A stretch of 64,000 nucleotides of DNA from NCBI GenBank assembly GCA_963771175.1, contig CAVYSY010000044.1:64001-128000 (forward strand). The letters are read 5' to 3'. Origin of the DNA: an uncultured delta proteobacterium (GTDB taxonomy: Bacteria > Myxococcota > Myxococcia > Myxococcales > Myxococcaceae). A program made the position numbers and the translations under genes. Shown piece after piece: positions 12,736 through 25,976 of this stretch (its first letter is position 1; every line of letters begins with the position of its first letter). The notes beneath the pieces were generated by a model. That model was not told where the DNA came from, made no database searches, and was given only the letters and a program-made list of their open reading frames with translations.

Positions 12736-13212
12736 ATGGAACGGACCGAGGTGCTGACAGCGGCGGGTTTAGGCGTCGTGGCGGGGATGCGGTCCGTCAG
12801 TGCCCCCGCCTTCCTGAGCCAACGGCTCGTTCGGGACAGCGGGGTTGCCGGGGGACGCCTCGACCGGGCGCTGTCATCGAAGGCGGGCGCGTGGACGCTC
12901 GCGGTGCTGGCCCTCGGCGAGCTCGTGGGCGACAAGCTGCCGAAAACTCCCGCGCGCATCGCGCCCCCCGCACTGGCAATGCGGCTCCTCTCCGGCGCCG
13001 TCGTGGGCGCGGCCGTGGCCCGGCGGGACAAGCGCCCCGTGCTCGGCCCGGTGCTGGTGGGCGCGGCCGCCTCGCTGGCCTCCACCTTCGCGTTCTACGC
13101 GCTCCGCAAGTTCGCCACGCAGCGGCTGCGCGTCCCCAACGTCGTCGCGGGCCTGCTGGAGGACGCGCTCACCGCGACGCTCGGCGTCCGATTGCTGGCG
13201 GCACTGAAGTGA
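12736..13212 (+). CDS. DUF4126-like membrane protein
   Basis: GVVAGMRS, GELVGDKLP.TP.R, GLLED motifs; GAGGAGG SD. Confidence 0.75.
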   Translation: MERTEVLTAAGLGVVAGMRSVSAPAFLSQRLVRDSGVAGGRLDRALSSKAGAWTLAVLALGELVGDKLPKTPARIAPPALAMRLLSGAVVGAAVARRDKRPVLGPVLVGAAASLASTFAFYALRKFATQRLRVPNVVAGLLEDALTATLGVRLLAALK

Positions 13213-13237
13213 AGTCCCGGGCGGCCGGAGCCCCCAC

Positions 13238-13826
13238 TCAGGGCCTGGCCTGAGCCCCACCGCCGCCCAACCAGAGCGCACCCAGTGCGAGCGGCACCGC
13301 GTCGAAGGGCTCGGCGCGCACCACCTCCCCGTTGCCATGCGTCGCGGTGAGGAGCCAGCCGGCGGGCTCTCGCCGGAACACCTCCAGCGTGCGCGTGCGC
13401 GGCTCCACGAGCCAGGCGTGCGCCACGCCTTCCCGGTGGTAGATGGGCAGCTTGCGCGTCCGGTCAATCCGGGCGGTGGAGGGCGAGAGCACCTCGCACA
13501 CCCAGTCCGGAGCGAGCGTCATGAAGGGCTCGTCCGGAGCATGGCGGCTCCGGCAGTCGCTCGTGGCGCCATGCCGCGAGGTCTGGCACGAGGACGTCCC
13601 GGCCGAAGTGCAGCTCCGGCTCATACAGAATCCACCACCCGCCGGGCCCTCCGCTTCCAATGGAGAACGGGTTGAGCAGCATGGCACTCAACACGGAGGT
13701 GGTATGGGCATGCCCCATGGCGGGCCTCGGCGAGGCCACCAGCTCGTCCTCCAGAATCTCCCCCACCCAACCGACCGGCAGTGCCTCGATGTCCTCGTAG
13801 GTCGCCGGCTTCTTCCCCTTCCCCAT
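13238..13826 (-). CDS. Uma2 (DUF820) restriction-endonuclease-like protein, frameshifted near 13530-13580
   Basis: ATYEDIEALP...SPRP...GGWWILYEPELH; PDWVCEVLSPST..DR..KLPIY...AWLV.P. Confidence 0.85.
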
Positions 13827-14028
13827 CTCTCGCCTCCTGGTGGTTCCAACACGGGCGGGACGGTGCCCCATCCCAACTCCCGCAGTCTACCCGGCCGTCT
13901 GACATCCCAGGTAGGGACGAGCAGCCCCCGCCACGCCAGGCTCCAGCCCTCGGAGGACGGCGCACCGTGGGCGTGGAGCCTCCGATGACCGGGTAAGCTG
14001 ACTCGGACACTTCGCGGGAGAGACAGGG

Positions 14029-14798
14029 ATGGGCGACACACCTCCATGGAGCGGCGGCAGGCTGGGGCCGTACCACCTGGGCAGGCGTTACTGGGACCTC
14101 GGCCCGTACCTGGGGCGGCTCCACGAGGCGCACAACCTCGAGACGGGGGCCTTCGCCGTGGTGCTGACTCCGGGGCAAGGGGCTACGTGGAGCGAGCGCA
14201 CGGCCTGGACGGTGCGCGCCACGAGCGGAGTGTTGCCCTCGCTCATCTCCGTGGAGCTGGAGCACGCGCCGGATGCGGAGGCTCCCGCCTTCCACGAGCT
14301 GCCGCTGATGTTCGACCTGCTCACGGGCACGCTGGGGAACCTCCGCACCAGGGACCGGGCGGAGGTGCATGCCCACCTCACCCGGAAGCCCCGGGGCGCG
14401 TGGCCGAGGCGACTGCTCGCACGATGGCCCTGGCTGCTCGCGGGAGCCGGAGTCGCCGTGGCGGCGGGGCTCACGCTGTCGCTCTGGCCACGTCCTCCCG
14501 ACCCCGCCGAGGCGAAGCAGTCTCCGGGGATGGCCGAGGCCGCGCTCGACGAGCCCATCGCCTTCATCGACATGCAGGACGCCACACCGAGGTCATCGGC
14601 TACCCGATGCCGGATGCACCCTTCAAGGAGCAGCAGAAGCCGCCATGCCTCAAGGGGACGGCGGTGGAGCTCCGCGGCGGCTGCTGGGTGCAACTCAAGC
14701 AGGACGCTCCATGTCCCAAGAGCACCGCCGAGTTCGAGGGCAAGTGCTACATGCCCGTCCGGAAGAAGGACCCGCCACCAAGCTCCTTCCAGCCCTGA
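14029..14798 (+). CDS. Membrane protein with degenerate Ser/Thr-kinase-like N-terminus and Cys-rich C-terminal domain, frameshift near 14585
   Basis: RLGPYHLGRR..LGRLHEAHN.ETG; TM helix; PMP..PF..Q.KPPC...ELRGGCW...PC......GKCYMPV tail in second frame. Confidence 0.65.
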
Positions 14799-14819
14799 GG
14801 TGCCGGGCGCGGTTTTCAA

Positions 14820-14846
14820 AAACCTGTCCGACTGTCGGACAGGTTT
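14820..14846. repeat. Palindromic intergenic element, copy 3
   Basis: AAACCTGTCCGAC-T-GTCGGACAGGTTT between convergent genes. Confidence 0.95.
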
Positions 14847-14873
14847 CGCGACACGCGGCCCGGGGAGTCCCCC

Positions 14874-16277
14874 TCACACGATGGCGGCCAGGGGCTCGGG
14901 CCCGGCGTCGAGCACCTCGCGCAGCCGCCGCAGGCCCCGCTCCAACTGCGCGCGCGTGCGCGGCGCTCCAATGCACACCCGCACCGCCGCCGACACCGGC
15001 CCCGCCCCCGCGGTGAACAGGTCCCCCGACGTCACCGACACCCCGGCGCGCCTCGCCTGCGCCACGAACTCCTCGCTGCGCCGGCCCGCCGGCAGCCCCA
15101 GCCACAGGTGGTACAGCGGCACCCCTCGCACCCGCAGCGCCTCGCTCCCGAGCACCTGCCGCGCCAACTCCATCCGCTCACGCACCTCCCGCCGCTGGCG
15201 CACCACCAGCTCGTCCGCCGTGCCGTCCTCCACCCAGCGCGCCAGCACCTCGGCCATCAGCGGCGTCGTCATCAGCGAGGCCAGCCCCACCTCCTCGGCC
15301 AGCCGCTCGCCCCGCGCCCGCGCCGGCGCCACCAGGTAGCCGATGCGCAGCCCCGGCGTGAGCAGCTTCGACACCCCGGCGATGAAGTAGCTGGCCTCGG
15401 GCAGGAACGCGGCCAGCGGCGGCGGACGGCGCTCCGGCAACAGCCCGTACGCGTCGTCCTCCAGCACCAGCACCCCGTACCGGCGAGCCACCTCGGCGAT
15501 GCGCTTGCGCCGCTCCTCCGGCAGCACCGCCCCCGTCGGGTTGTGGCACGTGGGCTGGGTGTAGAGCAGCCTCACCCCGCCCCCCCGACACACCGCCTCG
15601 AAGGACTCGGGCACCAGCCCCTGCGCGTCCATGGCGATGCCCTGCAGCCTCAGCTGGAAGCGCCTCGCCAGCACCTTCAGCCCCGGGTAGGTGAGCGCCT
15701 CGGTGACGAGCGTGTCCCCGGGTTTGGTGATGGCCGCCATCGCCACCTCCATGGCGTGCTGTCCTCCCGCGCACACCACCACCTGCTCCGGCTTCGCCTG
15801 CAGCCCGAAGCGCGCGGCCCACGCCGCTCCCGCGACGCGGTGCGCATAAGGACCCGCCGCCGGCTGGTACGCGAGCAGCTCCGCCAGGCGCGACGAGCGG
15901 CCCAACTCCTCCAACGAGCGACGGAGCGCCTGGCTCGCCGGGTCCCCCTCGGGCGTCGCGGGGGCGTTGATGCCCAGCTCCACCGGCGAGTCGTCGCTGG
16001 CATCCATCGGGAGGGGCATGTGCGCGGGCACCGCGAGGTCCCTCACGTACGTGCCGCGACCCACCTCGCCCTTCAGCAGGCCTCGCTTCTCGGCCTCGGC
16101 GTAGGCGCGCGTCACCGTCCCCACCGTGACGCCCACCCGCTCGGCCAGTTCCCGGTGCGTGGGCAGTCGGGCGCCGGGGGCCAGACGCCCCGCGTCAATG
16201 TCCTCGGAGAGCGCGTCCGCGATGGCCCGGTACAAGGGCCCGCTGCGTCCCCGGAGTTCCGGCGTCCAACTTGTCAT
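14874..16277 (-). CDS. MocR/GabR family regulator (GntR HTH plus PLP aminotransferase domain)
   Basis: LYRAIA...RLPTHRELA..VGVTVGTVTRAY...GRGTYV; HNPTG, EDDAYG, SKLLTPGLRIG. Confidence 0.93.
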   Translation of the reverse strand: MTSWTPELRGRSGPLYRAIADALSEDIDAGRLAPGARLPTHRELAERVGVTVGTVTRAYAEAEKRGLLKGEVGRGTYVRDLAVPAHMPLPMDASDDSPVELGINAPATPEGDPASQALRRSLEELGRSSRLAELLAYQPAAGPYAHRVAGAAWAARFGLQAKPEQVVVCAGGQHAMEVAMAAITKPGDTLVTEALTYPGLKVLARRFQLRLQGIAMDAQGLVPESFEAVCRGGGVRLLYTQPTCHNPTGAVLPEERRKRIAEVARRYGVLVLEDDAYGLLPERRPPPLAAFLPEASYFIAGVSKLLTPGLRIGYLVAPARARGERLAEEVGLASLMTTPLMAEVLARWVEDGTADELVVRQRREVRERMELARQVLGSEALRVRGVPLYHLWLGLPAGRRSEEFVAQARRAGVSVTSGDLFTAGAGPVSAAVRVCIGAPRTRAQLERGLRRLREVLDAGPEPLAAIV

Positions 16278-16361
16278 GGTGACAATCGATACACTTGACG
16301 GAATACGGCTCACCCCGTAACTGATTGTCTCGATTCTACCCGGGGATTGTCACCCACAATC
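16271..16361. promoter_or_regulatory. Divergent mocR/ilvE control region with TTGT/ACAA operator repeats and candidate TTGACG-N17-TAACTG promoter
   Basis: TTGTCA-TGG-TGACAA (16271-16285), GATTGTC (16323-16329), GATTGT-CACCC-ACAATC (16345-16361); TTGACG at 16295. Confidence 0.55.
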
Positions 16362-16443
16362 GTCGGGGGAAGCGCGGGCCACTGGGGCAGTCCCGGGCCC
16401 CGGACGGAGAGCACCCCGTCCCCTCAGCACGAGGAGCCGAAGC

Positions 16444-17511
16444 ATGTTGCCCATCGAAATCCAGCGCGCCGCCACGCTCAAGTCCAAGCCCTCCACCGAG
16501 GGCCTCGGCTTCGGCAAGTACTTCACCGACCACATGTTCCGGATGGACTACGCGCCGGAGCGCGGGTGGCACCAGGCGCGAATCCTGCCGCACGGCCCGC
16601 TGGGCCTGGACCCGGCCGCGGCGGTGCTGCACTACGCGCAGGCGGTGTTCGACGGCTCCAAGGTGTTCCGCGGCAAGGACGGGCTGCTGCGCGCCTTCCG
16701 CATCTCGGACCACTGCAAGCGCCTGGCGACGAGCTGCGAGCGGTTGAGCATGCCGCCGGTGCCGTTCGAGGTGGCGCGCGAGGCGATTGAGTCGCTGGTG
16801 AAGGTGGAGGCGGACTGGGTGCCTGGCGTCCCGGGCACGGCGCTGTACGTGCGGCCGACGGTGATCGCCTCCGAGGCGTTCCTCGGGGTGCGCCCGGCGG
16901 ACAAGTACATCTTCTTCGTCATCCTCAGCCCGGTGGGCAGCTACTTCGCCGGCGGCGCCGAGCCGGTGCGCATCTGGGTGGAGCAGGAGCACACGCGCGC
17001 GGCGCCCGGGGGCCTGGGTGGCGCGAAGGCGGCGGCCAACTACGCGGCGGGCCTGAAGGCCTCGATGGAGGCCAAGAAGCGCGGCTACGCCCAGGTGCTG
17101 TGGCTGGACGCGCTCGAGCACCGCTACATCGAGGAGGTGGGAACGATGAACCTCTTCGTGCGCATCGGCGATGAAATCATCACCCCGCCGCTGGACGGCA
17201 CCTTCCTGCCGGGCATTACCCGCGAGAGCGCGCTGCAGCTGCTGCGCGACTGGGGGATGAAGGTGAGCGAGCGCAAGCTGTCCATCGACGAGCTGCGCGA
17301 GGCGCACAAGAAGGGCGAGCTGCGCGAGGTGTTCGGCACGGGCACCGCGGCGGTCATCTCGCCGGTGGGCGCGCTGGGCTTCGCGGACGGCGAGCTGCGC
17401 ATCGGAGACGGCAAGGTGGGCGAGGTCTCCCAGCGCCTCTACGACACCGTCACCGGCATCCAGTACGGCACGCTGCCGGACCGCCACGGGTGGATGTCCG
17501 TCATCAAGTAG
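16444..17511 (+). CDS. ilvE: Branched-chain amino acid aminotransferase
   Basis: GFGKYFTDHM, LHYAQ, LYVRP, AK.AANY, EEVGTMN, LPGITR, GTAAVISP. Confidence 0.95.
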   Translation: MLPIEIQRAATLKSKPSTEGLGFGKYFTDHMFRMDYAPERGWHQARILPHGPLGLDPAAAVLHYAQAVFDGSKVFRGKDGLLRAFRISDHCKRLATSCERLSMPPVPFEVAREAIESLVKVEADWVPGVPGTALYVRPTVIASEAFLGVRPADKYIFFVILSPVGSYFAGGAEPVRIWVEQEHTRAAPGGLGGAKAAANYAAGLKASMEAKKRGYAQVLWLDALEHRYIEEVGTMNLFVRIGDEIITPPLDGTFLPGITRESALQLLRDWGMKVSERKLSIDELREAHKKGELREVFGTGTAAVISPVGALGFADGELRIGDGKVGEVSQRLYDTVTGIQYGTLPDRHGWMSVIK

Positions 17512-17613
17512 TCGCGGAGTGGTAGGACTCGGGCCCGGGGCCGCATCAGCCCCGGGTCCGTTGCGCGGTACGCGGTCCCAGCAGGTCGAGACTCCCACCC
17601 GAGAGGACTCCCG

Positions 17614-18048
17614 ATGGAGCCGAGGAACCCGGACTACGCCCAGCAGGTGGCGGACATCTTCCGCAAGGCGGCGTTCGTCACGGACGTGGGCTACGAGTTG
17701 GTGCGCGTCACCCCCGGGCAGGTGGAGACGCGGCTGAGGGTGAAGCCCCGGCACCTGCAGCAGGACGACGTCATCCACATGGGCGTGCAGGCGACGATGG
17801 CGGACCACACCGGAGGCTCCGCGGCGGGCTCGCTCATCGCCGCGGACCAGATGGTGCTGACAACGGGCTTCACCATGAACCTGCTCCAGGCGGCCGTGGG
17901 CGAGGAGCTCCGGTGCCGCGCGAAGGTGCTGCGCGCCGGGCGCACGCTGTCCGTGGTGGAGTCCGAGGTGTATGCCGTGGCCCGAGGCGAGGAGACGCTC
18001 GTGTCCAAGGCCACGGTGACGCTGGCGGTGCTGGCCAGGAAGCGCTGA
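17614..18048 (+). CDS. PaaI family thioesterase
   Basis: HLQQ..VIH.G...TMADH motif, hotdog-fold size. Confidence 0.85.
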   Translation: MEPRNPDYAQQVADIFRKAAFVTDVGYELVRVTPGQVETRLRVKPRHLQQDDVIHMGVQATMADHTGGSAAGSLIAADQMVLTTGFTMNLLQAAVGEELRCRAKVLRAGRTLSVVESEVYAVARGEETLVSKATVTLAVLARKR

Positions 18049-18085
18049 GCTCGAAGGGTGGGGGTCTGCCGGGCTCGGTTTCGAA

Positions 18086-18112
18086 AAACCTGTCCGACTG
18101 TCGGACAGGTTT
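18086..18112. repeat. Palindromic intergenic element, copy 4
   Basis: AAACCTGTCCGAC-T-GTCGGACAGGTTT with CCGGGCTCGGT / GCGCCCGGGAGG flanks. Confidence 0.95.
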
Positions 18113-18196
18113 GTGAAGAACGCGCCCGGGAGGTCGGCGGTCCGAGGAGCCGAGGCTGGCGTGTGCGGTCCAGAGGCACTGTGTTATCCCCGGCGC

Positions 18197-19279
18197 ATGA
18201 ACACGGATGTGCTCCTGGAGACTCGCGGGCCCATGGGCCTGGTGACGCTCAATCGCCCCAAGGCGCTCAACGCGCTCGACCTGGGGATGATCCGCGCGCT
18301 GCACCCGGCCCTGGAGGCCTGGGCGAAGGAGCCCGCGGTCAAGGCGGTGGTGATTCGTGGGGCCGGAGGTCGCGCGTTCTGCGCCGGTGGTGACGTGCGC
18401 GCCGTGGCCGCCTCGCGGGGCTCGCCCGCTCCCGAGGGACAGGAGCCCCTCTCGAGCGCCTTCTTCCGCGAGGAGTACCGGCTCAATCATCTCATCCACC
18501 ACTACCCCAAGCCGTACCTCGCGCTGGTGGACGGCATCAGCATGGGCGGAGGGCTCGGGCTGTCCGTGCACGGCTCGCACCGAGTCGTCACCGAGCGGCT
18601 GGTGCTGGCCATGCCCGAGACGGCGATTGGCCTGTTCCCCGACGTGGGCGGCGGCTGGTTCCTCCCGCGCTTCCCGGGCGAGGCGGGCACGTACCTCGGG
18701 CTCACCGGCACCCGGTGCAATGCCGCGGACGCGATGTGGCTCGGGTACGGGACGCAGCTCGTGACGCACGACAGGCTGGACGCGGTGGTGGACGCGCTCG
18801 CGGCGGCGGACTGGAGCTCGGGGCCGGCGCGCGACGTGGCCACGCGGGTGCTGTCCGGCTTCGCCACCGAGCCCGGGGAGTCCCCGCTGCGGGTGCACGC
18901 GCAGGCCATCGACCGGTGCTTTGGGAGGGACCGGGTGGAGGACATCCTCGGGGCGCTGGAGGCCGAGGGCACGCCGTGGGCCGAGGAGACTCGGGCCACG
19001 CTGGGGCGCATGTCGCCCACGAGCCTGAAGGTGACGTTGCGCCAGTTGCGGCTGTGCCGGGGCAGGAGCTACGACGAGGTCGTCACCGTGGAGTACCGGC
19101 TGAGCCAGCACGTCACCGCGCTGCCGGACTTCCGCGAGGGCATCCGCGCCGTGCTGGTGGACAAGGACAACCGCCCGAAGTGGAACCCGCCCACGCTGGC
19201 CGAGGTGCGGGACGCGGACGTGGAGGCGTGCTTCGCGCCGCTCGGGGACAGGGACCTGGTGCTGGCCGCGCCGAGATGA
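18197..19279 (+). CDS. 3-hydroxyisobutyryl-CoA hydrolase-like enoyl-CoA hydratase/isomerase
   Basis: LNRPKALNAL, FCAGGD, MGGG.G, MPETAIGLFPDVG, DFREGIRAVLVDKD.PKW. Confidence 0.92.
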   Translation: MNTDVLLETRGPMGLVTLNRPKALNALDLGMIRALHPALEAWAKEPAVKAVVIRGAGGRAFCAGGDVRAVAASRGSPAPEGQEPLSSAFFREEYRLNHLIHHYPKPYLALVDGISMGGGLGLSVHGSHRVVTERLVLAMPETAIGLFPDVGGGWFLPRFPGEAGTYLGLTGTRCNAADAMWLGYGTQLVTHDRLDAVVDALAAADWSSGPARDVATRVLSGFATEPGESPLRVHAQAIDRCFGRDRVEDILGALEAEGTPWAEETRATLGRMSPTSLKVTLRQLRLCRGRSYDEVVTVEYRLSQHVTALPDFREGIRAVLVDKDNRPKWNPPTLAEVRDADVEACFAPLGDRDLVLAAPR

Positions 19280-19336
19280 GGGACGAGCTGGCGCCTTGGA
19301 CCACCGGGGTCGAGGGGAGCCATGCTCCCCAGCACC

Positions 19337-20826
<1,490 letters not shown>

Positions 20827-20877
20827 CAAGTGCCGCTTGGACCGCCGGGGTCGAAGGGAGCCATGCTCCCCGGCACC

Positions 20878-22367
<1,490 letters not shown>

Positions 22368-22398
22368 ACTGCGGGGTGAACAGCGGGCCGCACCGGTT

Positions 22399-24333
22399 CT
22401 ATCCGGCCCGGCGAGTGCCTTCGCGCAGCTCCGTGTCGAGTCGCTCCACCAGCGTGCTCCACGCGACCGTGTCGCCGGGCTCGCCCCGGTAGCGCGCCTC
22501 CCGGTAGTGCGCGAGGAACGCCGCCGCCACCTCCGCCACCGCGTCCCCTCTCGCCGCGCGCAGCCGGGACAGCAATTCGTCATCCGTCTCCGAGGGCAGC
22601 GGCACCAGGCCCACCCTCCGCTTCAGCGTCTTCAGGTAGCGCGCGTAGGCCTCGGCCAGTTTCGCGTCCCGCGTGTCCAGCGCCCCGCGCCGCGCTCGCG
22701 CCCGTCCGCCCCGCCGCCGCGCCCGGAAGCGCCACACGACTCCCGCCGCCACCAGCAGCCAGAACACCGGCGAGCGCCCCACCGCCCTCACCTGCTCCAG
22801 CGGCTGGTAGCGCACCGCCGCCACCACTCGACGGAAGAACGTGCCCACCGCTCCCGTCAGCTTCCCGAGGAAGCCCGCCTTCGACAGCCCCAGCGCCTCG
22901 TCCCGGCTCCGCCACGGTGTCGGGTCGAACGCCACGAAGCGCCCCTCGTCCGCGAGGTACACCTCCACCCAGGCGTGCGCGTCCCGCTCGCGCACCAGCG
23001 TGCTCCCCGTCAGGTCGTTCGGCTCCTCGGGCGCGAAGCCCCCCACCACCCGCGCCGGCACGTCCAGCGTGCGCAGCAGCGCCGCCATCGCGCTCGCGAA
23101 GTACGTGCAGTACGCCGCGCGTCGCTCGCGCACCAGCACCGCCAGTGGGCTCCCCTCTCCCCGCAGGTCCACGTCCAGCGAGTACAGGAAGTGCTCGTGG
23201 AAGTAGGACTCCAGCGCTCGGGCCTTCTCGCGCGGCGTGCGCGCCTCGCGCGTCAGGGACTCCGCCAGCGGGCGCAGCTCCGCCTCCAGCGTCTCCGGGA
23301 GCGCCGTGAGGGACTCCCCGGGCACGCTCTCCGCGGGCAGGCGCTCCCGCGCGTCCGTGTGCAGCGCGAGCGTGGTTCCCTCCAGCCCCTCCCCCTTCAA
23401 CACCCAGCCGCCCAGCACCTCCAGGGGCGCCCCCTCCACCTCGCGCGTCCCCGCCGGCGCCGGCAGCCACGCGCCCAGCGGCGCCAGCACCGTCATCGCC
23501 AGCAACCGCTCCGCCTCCGCTCCCTTCGTCGGCGGTGCCAGCCGCGTCCTCGCCAGCTCCTCCGAGGTCGTCCACCGCTCGCCATCGAACGCGTCGAATA
23601 CCCGTGTCCGCAGCCGCTCGGGGGCTCCGCCGGAGACCACCAGCAGGGGTTTCTCGGAGCCTCGCCGATTGCGGGACACGGCGCGGATGCCCACCTCCGA
23701 CTGGAACTCCGCGCCGGTGGGAGGGCTCGTGCCGCTCGTCAGCCGGTACACCGCGTCCACCAGCATGCCCTCGCTGGCGTGGACGGTCCGCCCCAGCACC
23801 ACCGACAGGCCCGCCAGCAGCACCGTGAAGACGGCGAAGCCCACCCCGCCGCGCCAGCCCGTGCGCGGGAGTCCTCCCTCCACGTAGGCCACCAGCAGCA
23901 CGCTCAGCACCACCGCCCCCAGCACCCACTGCATGCCCGGCAGCGTCCGCACCCGCATGCTGAGCGCCACCAGCAAGCACGCGTACGTCCACGCGTAGTA
24001 GCGGTTGCGGCCCAGTCCGCAGAGCACGGACAGCCCCACCAGCGCTCCGCACAGCGGGCCGAAGATGGCGGGCGGGAAGGGCGCCGTCGGCGGCGTGCTC
24101 ACCCAGAGCATTCCCAGCCCCGCCCCGAAGCCCAGCGCTCCCGCCAGCAGCAGGCGCCCCGGGGTGTAATCGACTCGCACTCTGGCCAGCGTGGCGCCCA
24201 CCAGCACCACCATCATCGGGGCGCACAGCAGCCACCGCTCGTGCGCCACCGCGTGCAGCGCGAGTGCCGCGAACACCGGAGTCAGCTCCACCAGCCGGCC
24301 GAGCCGGGACACGTTCTCGACGGGCTCGCTCAT
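22399..24333 (-). CDS. Membrane transglutaminase-like protein (TgpA/DUF3488 type)
   Basis: N-terminal TM helices; YCTYFASA, HAWVEVYL, FDPTP triad. Confidence 0.9.
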   Translation of the reverse strand: MSEPVENVSRLGRLVELTPVFAALALHAVAHERWLLCAPMMVVLVGATLARVRVDYTPGRLLLAGALGFGAGLGMLWVSTPPTAPFPPAIFGPLCGALVGLSVLCGLGRNRYYAWTYACLLVALSMRVRTLPGMQWVLGAVVLSVLLVAYVEGGLPRTGWRGGVGFAVFTVLLAGLSVVLGRTVHASEGMLVDAVYRLTSGTSPPTGAEFQSEVGIRAVSRNRRGSEKPLLVVSGGAPERLRTRVFDAFDGERWTTSEELARTRLAPPTKGAEAERLLAMTVLAPLGAWLPAPAGTREVEGAPLEVLGGWVLKGEGLEGTTLALHTDARERLPAESVPGESLTALPETLEAELRPLAESLTREARTPREKARALESYFHEHFLYSLDVDLRGEGSPLAVLVRERRAAYCTYFASAMAALLRTLDVPARVVGGFAPEEPNDLTGSTLVRERDAHAWVEVYLADEGRFVAFDPTPWRSRDEALGLSKAGFLGKLTGAVGTFFRRVVAAVRYQPLEQVRAVGRSPVFWLLVAAGVVWRFRARRRGGRARARRGALDTRDAKLAEAYARYLKTLKRRVGLVPLPSETDDELLSRLRAARGDAVAEVAAAFLAHYREARYRGEPGDTVAWSTLVERLDTELREGTRRAG

Positions 24334-25595
24334 GACAGCTCCACCACCTCGTCCGGGGCGAGCCCCGTGGGCTTGCGCTCCGGCCGCACCGAGAGCACCC
24401 GCACCGCCACCCCGTGCGCCTTGAGCTTCTCCACCAGCGCCGCGCGCGAGGGCTCCCAGTCCATCACCACGAAGACGACGGCCGAGAGCTGGCTGGACTC
24501 GGGCAGCAGCGCGGACTCCAGCGCCTCCAGGTCCAGGCTGTCCCCCGGCTCCAGCGCGGCGAGGATTTCGAGAATGTGCTCGAAGTGCGCCAGCGCGCGG
24601 CCCGCCTGGAAGTGGAACACCTGGGGCCCGGCGGCGAACAGGTCGATGATGTACTCCTGCCGCGCCAGCGCGTCCGCCATGCCCGCCGCCAGCGAGAGCG
24701 CCTTCTCCAGCAGCGCATCCTCCTTCGCCGAGCGCGACTGCACGTCCAGCACCAGGGCGAGCCGGACGAAGAACTCCTCCTGGAACTCCTTCACCACCAG
24801 CCGGCCGGTGCGCGCGAAGGAGGGCCAGTGGATGTCCCGGGTGCGGTCCCCGTCATGCCAGTCGCGAGTGCCGAAGAACTCGGTGGACTCGCCCACCTGC
24901 GAGGCCACGGCGATGCCTCCGGGCTGGTAGTTGCGCCCGTGCGGCACGTCGAAGGACTCGAGCGGGGTGAAGCGCGGGTAGACGAGCACCCGGTCCCTGC
25001 CCGGCGAGCGCCTCGACCACTTCACCAGCGCCGAGGGGAAGAGGCTCGCGGCCTGGAGCGCGGACAATTCGTAGACGCCGCGGGTGGTGCAGGTGAGGCG
25101 CAGCGTCACCTCGGTGCGCTCGCCGGGCGCGAGCGAGTCGATGACGGGGGGCTCGCCCACGGAGCGGAGCTCGGGGGGCAGGTCGCGCTCCTCGATGACG
25201 AGGTGGCGCACGGTGCGCCGGCCGGGGTTCTCCACGCGCACGCGGTAGGTGAGCGTGTCCCCGGCGGACACGGGGGGCGGGAGCAGACGGGTGAGGGAGA
25301 CGCGAGGCCGGAAGGGCAGGCCCACCACGGCGGCGGCGAGCAGCGCGGAGACGGAGAAGGAGAAGAAGAGGATGAGGGGCGCGACGAGCCCGCCGAGCAG
25401 CAGCAGCGCCGCGGCCAGCGCCGCCCACAGCACCACGCGGCCCACGGGGGTGAGCAGGCCGTGGTACCGGTCCTTGAGGAAGCGGATGAACCCGTGCTCC
25501 TCGGCCGGCATGAAGAAGGACCAGCGGCGACGTCGGGCCATGCGCGGCGTTTTCCTCGGGAGCCAGGAGGGGACGGGACGGGAGTCGGCCCGCAT
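24330..25595 (-). CDS. DUF58 protein (start uncertain)
   Basis: EFFGTRDW..GD..RDIHW..FAR.G.L.VKEF. Confidence 0.88.
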   Translation of the reverse strand: MRADSRPVPSWLPRKTPRMARRRRWSFFMPAEEHGFIRFLKDRYHGLLTPVGRVVLWAALAAALLLLGGLVAPLILFFSFSVSALLAAAVVGLPFRPRVSLTRLLPPPVSAGDTLTYRVRVENPGRRTVRHLVIEERDLPPELRSVGEPPVIDSLAPGERTEVTLRLTCTTRGVYELSALQAASLFPSALVKWSRRSPGRDRVLVYPRFTPLESFDVPHGRNYQPGGIAVASQVGESTEFFGTRDWHDGDRTRDIHWPSFARTGRLVVKEFQEEFFVRLALVLDVQSRSAKEDALLEKALSLAAGMADALARQEYIIDLFAAGPQVFHFQAGRALAHFEHILEILAALEPGDSLDLEALESALLPESSQLSAVVFVVMDWEPSRAALVEKLKAHGVAVRVLSVRPERKPTGLAPDEVVELS

Positions 25596-25741
25596 TGGAG
25601 CAGACCGCCACGCCCCGTTCCAGGGACCGGAGGACCACCAGGCGAGCAGGCGTACTACACGCGGATGGACTTTGTGCGCAGGTGACCCGACCTGTGACTG
25701 TCCGGCCTGCCGTCGTGCGCATTTCGGCCTAAACTTGAGAC

Positions 25742-25976
25742 ATGGACCCGCGCGCATCTCCTACGGCAGGCCTTCCCGAGCTACGGACCGGATTGGGATG
25801 CGGCCATCGAGGCCGGAGTCGATGTGTCCCTGCTGGAGGAGAACCTGCGCCTCACCCCCACCGAACGGCTCGAACAGCTCCAGCGAATGACCGAGCTGTA
25901 CGAGGCCCTGCGTCCGAAGGAGTCGCCCGACGATGCAGCGGACACCCGAGCTGACCGGCAGCGAGGACCTCAGTAG
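25742..25976 (+). pseudogene. Small antitoxin-like ORF with a 1-bp frameshift after the start
   Basis: Frame from 25758 reads LLRQAFPSYGPDWDAAIEAGVDVSLLEENLRLTPTERLEQLQRM...; the ATG at 25742 is one base out of frame. Confidence 0.5.

Noticed and set aside
17531..17559. GC hairpin after ilvE as an intrinsic terminator
   Set aside because: Stem present but no U-tract; cannot be supported.
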